Under the pieces are notes generated by a model that was not told where the DNA came from, ran no database searches, and saw only the letters and a list, made by a program, of their open reading frames with translations. A stretch of 64,000 bases of DNA. Source: a candidate division WOR-3 bacterium. Its GTDB lineage: Bacteria; Hydrothermota; Tepidihabitantia; Tepidihabitantales; Tepidihabitantaceae. Shown here one piece after another: positions 58,887 through 64,000 of the stretch; the stretch's first letter is position 1, and each line of letters begins with the position of its first letter. The translations under genes were made by a program, and so were the position numbers. The stretch is from contig VGIR01000003.1 of assembly GCA_016867815.1 (NCBI GenBank), forward strand, positions 2,495 through 66,494, in the 5' to 3' direction.

Positions 58887-61800
58887 ATGAGACAGCTGCT
58901 TGTATTGCTGGTTCTGGTTTCCGTTCCGCTCTCGGCGGCAACGATGACGAGGACCGCGAAGTTCGCTCAGAGCGATCTGGTCATCTCCTCCCAGGACGGC
59001 TTCGACAACATCGAGCTGCCGGGCGGAGTCGGACTGATCCAGCCGGGCGCGCCGCGCGTGCCGCGCGTGGTCGAGGCGCTGGCGATTCCTTCCGGGGCCG
59101 TGCCGACGGGCGTGCAGGTCACGGAAGTGGAGTGGACGACGCTGCCCGGGACCTACAAGATAGGGCCGGCCCAGCCGGACGTGCCCCTGCCGCAGCCCGG
59201 CAAGTCGTTCACGCCCACGCTCTACAAGCAGGACGAGGCCATCTACGGGTCGAGCCAGCCTTACCCCGCCACGGTTGCGGTACTGACCGGCTACGGGACG
59301 ATGGGCGGGTATCGCATCGCTCACGTTGAGCTGCACCCGGTGCGCTACATCCCGACCACCGGTGAGCTGCAGGTAGCGACGAAGCTGAGCTACCGGCTGG
59401 AGCACGCCGGCGGCCTGCCCGCTGCCGTGGCGACGCCGCACCAGCAGACGCTGTTCGGCGACATGGTGCGGTCTTTCGTCAAGAACGCCAGGGACGTCAA
59501 CAAGCATGCACCTCAGGTACGTCGCGCGACGTCGCTGTCACTCCCGTCCGGCCACTATGAGTACGTGGTCATCACCGACTCGGTGATGGACACGGTGTTC
59601 CAGCGGCTGGCGGACTGGAAAACTGCCAAGGGTGTTCCCGGCACGGTCGTGCGGACGAGCTACATCTACGCCAACTACTCCGGATACGACAACCAGGAGA
59701 AGATCCGCAACTTCATCAAAGACGCCCGCACTACCTGGGGCACGATCTACGTGCTGCTCGGCGGCCAGGGCGACTATGTCTCGAATGGCCAGAACATCAT
59801 CCCGACGCGGATGGCGAACTACGGCGAGGACGAGCCCTGCGACCTCTACTATGCCGGGCTCGACGGCACCTGGGACTTCAACAACAACCACACCTACGGT
59901 CAACTCGCCGACTCGGCCGACATGTACTCGGATGTTTTCGTGGGCCGGGCTCCCGTCTACAACGTTGCCATGGCCCGGAACTTCGTGAACAAGGTCCTGA
60001 AGTACGAGCAGGACCCGCCCACCGGCTTCATCAAGAAGATGGGGTTGTACACCGCGATTCTCTGGTCGAGCTACGAGGAGCGGCCGTTGCAGGAGTCGCT
60101 GGCCCGCATGACGCCGTCCGGCTGGTCCGACCAGAAGCTCTATGAACGGACAAGCACGCTCTCCCGTCAGGCGGTCAACGACTCGATGAAAGGCGGTGTC
60201 GGCATGGGCCACTGGAACGGCCACGGCAACCAGAGCGGCATTTACATGGGCTCCAACCCGTTCTTCAATTCGAGCGATGCCGACGCGCTCACTAACGGCG
60301 ACAAGACCGGCATCGTGGTTTCCATTGCCTGCGACTGCGCGGCGTGGGACTGGGTGCCGAACGGCGACTGCCTGGCCGAGCACATGGTCAACCGGGTCGG
60401 CGGCGGCTGCGTCGCCACGATCATGAACACCCGCTATGGCTACGGTGCGCTGAACCAGCAAGGCCAGTACGTGCCCGGTCCGTCCGAGCGGCTGGACACC
60501 ACCTTCTTTGCCGGGGTGTTCTACTACGGGGCGCCGCATACCGGCCAGGCGCTGGCACGCTCCAAAGCCTGCTGGGCGCCCTATGCGGATTCGCTCTACC
60601 AATATGACATGCAGCGGTACTGCATCTACGACCTGAACCTGATCGGCGACCCGGAGACACCGCTCTGGACCGCCGACCCGACGGCCCTCAGCGTCTCCCA
60701 CGCCGGGGTGGTGAACATCGGCAACAACATCCCGTATTCAGTCACGGTGACGGCGGCGATGGACGCGCCGGTGGAGTCGGCGATGGTCTGCCTCAAGAAA
60801 GGCAGCGAAGTGGACGTGAAGGGATGGACCAATTCCAGCGGGCAATTGACGCTCTACGTGTCAGCCCAGACGCCCGGGCAGATGTTCATGGCGGTGAACT
60901 CCCGGAACCACTACATCTTCCAGGATACGGTAACGGTCATCTCCAGTTCGCGCTACGTATCGCACCTGCGTTCGGCCATCTCCGATCCGGGGCCGGGCGG
61001 CAACAACGACTCGATACTCAACCCGGGCGAGACGGTCAAGGTACCGATGTGGGTCAAGAACTGGGGTCAACTGACCGCCAACTCGGTTACCGCCAAGCTG
61101 AGGACCTTTGACCCGAATGCCCAGGTGACCGACTCGGCCAGGACGTTCGGCAACATCAACGCCGGGGATTCCGCCTACACCGGCTCGAACGGGTTCGGCC
61201 TGCGAGTGAACTCGGGCCTGAACAACGGTTATCCGGTCACCTGCTCGCTCTACTGCCGGGATGTGCTCGACTCAACCTGGGTTTCGGTCGTAACCTACTT
61301 GGTCGGCGCACCGGTGCTGGCCAAGCGGGCCGTGACCGTGGTTGACTCGGCCCATGGCGGCAACAACAACGGCCGCATCGACCCGAACGAAACCGTGGAC
61401 CTGATGATCCGTATCGGCAACACCGGTCTCGGCCATGGGTACAACAGCCGCGCCGTGCTCAAGTCCGGTGATGCCCGGTTCACTGTAAGCGATTCGACCG
61501 CGAGCTACGGGCTGATTCGGAAGGGTGACAGCGCCAGCAACGCGTCGGATCTCTTCACCGTCCATGCCGGCTCGATTCCCCCGGAGACGCCGGTCTCCTG
61601 CACGCTCCGCTACTATGCCGACGGCGGGTACACGAAGACCGAGCAGCTCACGATAGTCGTGGGCGAGCTGCGGTCGAGCGACCCCGTTCCGGACGGCCCG
61701 CGCACGCCGGTAGTCTACTACGCCTACGACGATGGCGATTCGCTCTACACCAAGCACCCGGCCTATGAATGGGTTGAGATCAACGGCGTCGGCACGCAGC

Positions 61801-62666
61801 TGAGCTTCTCGCAGAACGACGATGTGACGATGATTAGTTTGCCGGCAGCGTTCGGACCGTTCAAGTTCTATGGCCAGCGCTACACGCAGATCTCGATCTC
61901 TGCCGACGGCTGGATTGCCGGCGGGAACTACACGACGGGCAACTACACCAATACGCAGCTGCCCAGCACAGCGGCGCCACGGGCGGCCATGTTCCTCAAC
62001 TGGGACGACCTGGCGCCTGCCACCGACGGCTCAGGCTACCTCTACTACTACCATGACACCGCCAACCACCGTTTCATAGTCGAGTACGACTCGGTGGAGT
62101 ACTGGAACACCTCAGGCGCGGATAAGTTCCAGGTCATTATCTACGATACTACCGTCACGACCTACACGGGTGACAATGCTTTCCTGGTTCAGTACAAGAC
62201 CGCCAACATGTACACCGGTGCCACGCTCGGCATCCAGGACCAGACCAAGGTAATCGGCATCCAGTGTCTGTTCAACGGCAGCTACCACAAGGCCTGCGAA
62301 CCGATTGCTCCGGGACGGGCGATCCTGTACACGACCGATCCGCCGACAGTCGCTGTGGCGGAAGAGCACAAACCGGCCAGCGTGCCGACGAAGCTGGCTT
62401 TGAGCGTCCGTCCCAACCCCTTGCGCACCCGCGTCTCGCTCTCCTACGCGGTGCCGGTTGCTGGGCGCGTGAGCATCAAGGTGTATGACGCTGCCGGCAG
62501 AGTCGTCCGCGACCTCGTCAACGAGGAGATCGCCGCGGGCCGGTACTCGGCTACCTGGGACGGCAGTTCTGCCGATGGCAGGAGGATTGCCAATGGCGTG
62601 TACTTCTGCAAGCTCGTTTCACCGATCGGGGCGCGTCAACAGAAGCTGGTAGTCGCCCGGCGCTAG
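58887..62666 (+). CDS. Gingipain-like C25 cysteine peptidase with propeptide and FlgD-Ig/T9SS-type C-terminal domain
   Basis: LADWKTAKG, YVLLGG, DLYYAGLDG, VFVGR, GHGN and SIAC catalytic dyad, NLIGDP; WDG...NGVYF tail. Confidence 0.9.
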   Translation: MRQLLVLLVLVSVPLSAATMTRTAKFAQSDLVISSQDGFDNIELPGGVGLIQPGAPRVPRVVEALAIPSGAVPTGVQVTEVEWTTLPGTYKIGPAQPDVPLPQPGKSFTPTLYKQDEAIYGSSQPYPATVAVLTGYGTMGGYRIAHVELHPVRYIPTTGELQVATKLSYRLEHAGGLPAAVATPHQQTLFGDMVRSFVKNARDVNKHAPQVRRATSLSLPSGHYEYVVITDSVMDTVFQRLADWKTAKGVPGTVVRTSYIYANYSGYDNQEKIRNFIKDARTTWGTIYVLLGGQGDYVSNGQNIIPTRMANYGEDEPCDLYYAGLDGTWDFNNNHTYGQLADSADMYSDVFVGRAPVYNVAMARNFVNKVLKYEQDPPTGFIKKMGLYTAILWSSYEERPLQESLARMTPSGWSDQKLYERTSTLSRQAVNDSMKGGVGMGHWNGHGNQSGIYMGSNPFFNSSDADALTNGDKTGIVVSIACDCAAWDWVPNGDCLAEHMVNRVGGGCVATIMNTRYGYGALNQQGQYVPGPSERLDTTFFAGVFYYGAPHTGQALARSKACWAPYADSLYQYDMQRYCIYDLNLIGDPETPLWTADPTALSVSHAGVVNIGNNIPYSVTVTAAMDAPVESAMVCLKKGSEVDVKGWTNSSGQLTLYVSAQTPGQMFMAVNSRNHYIFQDTVTVISSSRYVSHLRSAISDPGPGGNNDSILNPGETVKVPMWVKNWGQLTANSVTAKLRTFDPNAQVTDSARTFGNINAGDSAYTGSNGFGLRVNSGLNNGYPVTCSLYCRDVLDSTWVSVVTYLVGAPVLAKRAVTVVDSAHGGNNNGRIDPNETVDLMIRIGNTGLGHGYNSRAVLKSGDARFTVSDSTASYGLIRKGDSASNASDLFTVHAGSIPPETPVSCTLRYYADGGYTKTEQLTIVVGELRSSDPVPDGPRTPVVYYAYDDGDSLYTKHPAYEWVEINGVGTQLSFSQNDDVTMISLPAAFGPFKFYGQRYTQISISADGWIAGGNYTTGNYTNTQLPSTAAPRAAMFLNWDDLAPATDGSGYLYYYHDTANHRFIVEYDSVEYWNTSGADKFQVIIYDTTVTTYTGDNAFLVQYKTANMYTGATLGIQDQTKVIGIQCLFNGSYHKACEPIAPGRAILYTTDPPTVAVAEEHKPASVPTKLALSVRPNPLRTRVSLSYAVPVAGRVSIKVYDAAGRVVRDLVNEEIAAGRYSATWDGSSADGRRIANGVYFCKLVSPIGARQQKLVVARR

Positions 62667-62684
62667 GCGCGAGACATGAACCGT

Positions 62685-62716
62685 GGGGCGGGCTCTGGCC
62701 CGCCCCTTTTCTTTTC
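62685..62716 (+). terminator. Rho-independent terminator
   Basis: GGGGCGGGC-TCTG-GCCCGCCCC followed by TTTTCTTTT. Confidence 0.8.
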
Positions 62717-62876
62717 GTCCGGCCCGGGGTTCTCTGGTTCGATGCGTCGCTCGCGGAGCACCCGAACCAGCGCGTGGTCTGCGGCCCTTCGCGGCAGGTC
62801 CGGGCCGTCCACCATTGACCCACGGGCTCGCGAAGTTATCATTGTTGGTCTGTTACCACATGCAAAAGGAGTATAA

Positions 62877-64000
62877 GTGAGAAAGTGGCTCGTATTGCTG
62901 GTTCTGATATCGGTTCCGCTGCTGGCCGGTACGGTTACCCGAACGGCAAGCTTCGACAGTGATGATCTGATCTTCTCCACGTATGGCGGGTTCGACAATG
63001 TCGAGCTGCGCGGCGGGACCGGGCTGCTCCAGGTCGGAGCGCCGCGCGTTCCGCTGGCCGTCCAGCGCGTGCTGGTCCCGGCCGGCGCCGTTCCGACAGG
63101 GGTCGAACTCGTGTCCGCAGACTGGACCACGATTCCCGGACGCTACAACCTGGCGCCGGCCCAGCCGGACGTGCCGCTGGCGATGCCGGGCAAGGTCTTC
63201 GACCTGCCCGAGCAGGCACAGGACCAGGCGATCTACTCGGCCAACACCTTCTATCCATCCAGTTGCCTGCGGCTGGGGGAGCCAGCGACGCTGGCCGGGT
63301 ACCGGATGGCGTCGGTGGAATTGCGGCCGGTACGGGTGAACCCGGTTTCGGGCGAGCTGCAACTCGCGACGCGCATCGAGTACCGGATCAGTTACGATGC
63401 CGGCAACAGCGATGCTTTCGTGCCGTCGCAGGAGCAGCGCGACTACTACTCCGCTATGGTGCGGGAGATGGTCGTCAATGACAACGATGTCAACCGCTTC
63501 GCGCCCTCGGTCCGCCGTTCGGCCACGCTCTCACTACCGTCCGGTAACTACGTGTACGTAGTCATCAGCGCACCACCGCTGGACACGTGCTTCGCCAGAC
63601 TGACCGCCTGGAAGACCCTGAAGGGTGTGCCGGCCACGACCGTTCTGCTTTCCTACATCACTGCGAACTACTCCGGCTACGATACGCAGGAGAAGATCCG
63701 CAACTTCATTAAGGACGCGTACCAGACCTGGGGCACCCGCTACGTGCTGCTGGGTGGCTCTGCCGACCACAAGACCAGCGGGCAGAACATCATTCCGACG
63801 CGCGACTGCTGGTACACGACCCTGGGCATCGGGTACTACAATGACGAGGATACGATTCCCTGCGATCTCTACTACGGTGGGCTCGACGGCACGTGGGATG
63901 CGGACAACGACCACGTCTATGGCGAGACGGGAGACCAGGCCGATATGCTGAGCGAGGTGTTCGTCGGCCGGGCGCCGGTGTACAACGTGGCCAAGGCCCA
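62877..64000 (+). CDS. Second gingipain-like C25 peptidase, 3' truncated (absent from the ORF track)
   Basis: AAGGAG RBS; GTG start MRKWLVLLVLISVPLLAGTVTRTASF; paralogous to 58887 (WKTLKG, YVLLGG, PCDLYYGGLDG, VFVGRAP). Confidence 0.88.
   Translation, partial: MRKWLVLLVLISVPLLAGTVTRTASFDSDDLIFSTYGGFDNVELRGGTGLLQVGAPRVPLAVQRVLVPAGAVPTGVELVSADWTTIPGRYNLAPAQPDVPLAMPGKVFDLPEQAQDQAIYSANTFYPSSCLRLGEPATLAGYRMASVELRPVRVNPVSGELQLATRIEYRISYDAGNSDAFVPSQEQRDYYSAMVREMVVNDNDVNRFAPSVRRSATLSLPSGNYVYVVISAPPLDTCFARLTAWKTLKGVPATTVLLSYITANYSGYDTQEKIRNFIKDAYQTWGTRYVLLGGSADHKTSGQNIIPTRDCWYTTLGIGYYNDEDTIPCDLYYGGLDGTWDADNDHVYGETGDQADMLSEVFVGRAPVYNVAKA

Overview
GC-rich bacterial chromosomal window. Gene content suggests an FCB-type lineage such as candidate division WOR-3 (inference): secreted proteins with FlgD-Ig/T9SS-type C-terminal domains, tandem gingipain-like C25 peptidases and a DUF6754 cluster. 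Most of it is core and metabolic genes: ABC-2 permeases, ychF, aspS, ECF sigma/anti-sigma, purF, pflX, a pseudouridine synthase, patatin-Omp85, mnmG, a xyl/rha operon, radC, folE2, bamA, clpC and tnaA. The most striking structure lies upstream of mnmG (about 21.97-28.9 kb). It is a stacked array of four cargo cassettes: two MNT-HEPN pairs, a cyclase-like/WG/NDT-TIR set, and membrane ORFans. Each cassette is bounded by a copy of the first ~22 codons of mnmG, the mnmG promoter and an outward-facing promoter. All copies break at almost the same base, and I see no integrase in the window. Other unexplained structure: (1) a four-helix-bundle gene bracketed by 26-bp inverted heptamer arrays inside the xylose operon; (2) 6-9-bp-period microrepeats and palindromes that insert in frame into core genes; (3) a ~450-bp 12-bp-periodic element present twice; (4) pervasive leaderless or short-leader promoters. 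No rRNA, tRNA, CRISPR array, integrase or transposase was recognised. All family assignments come from motif recognition, not database searches.
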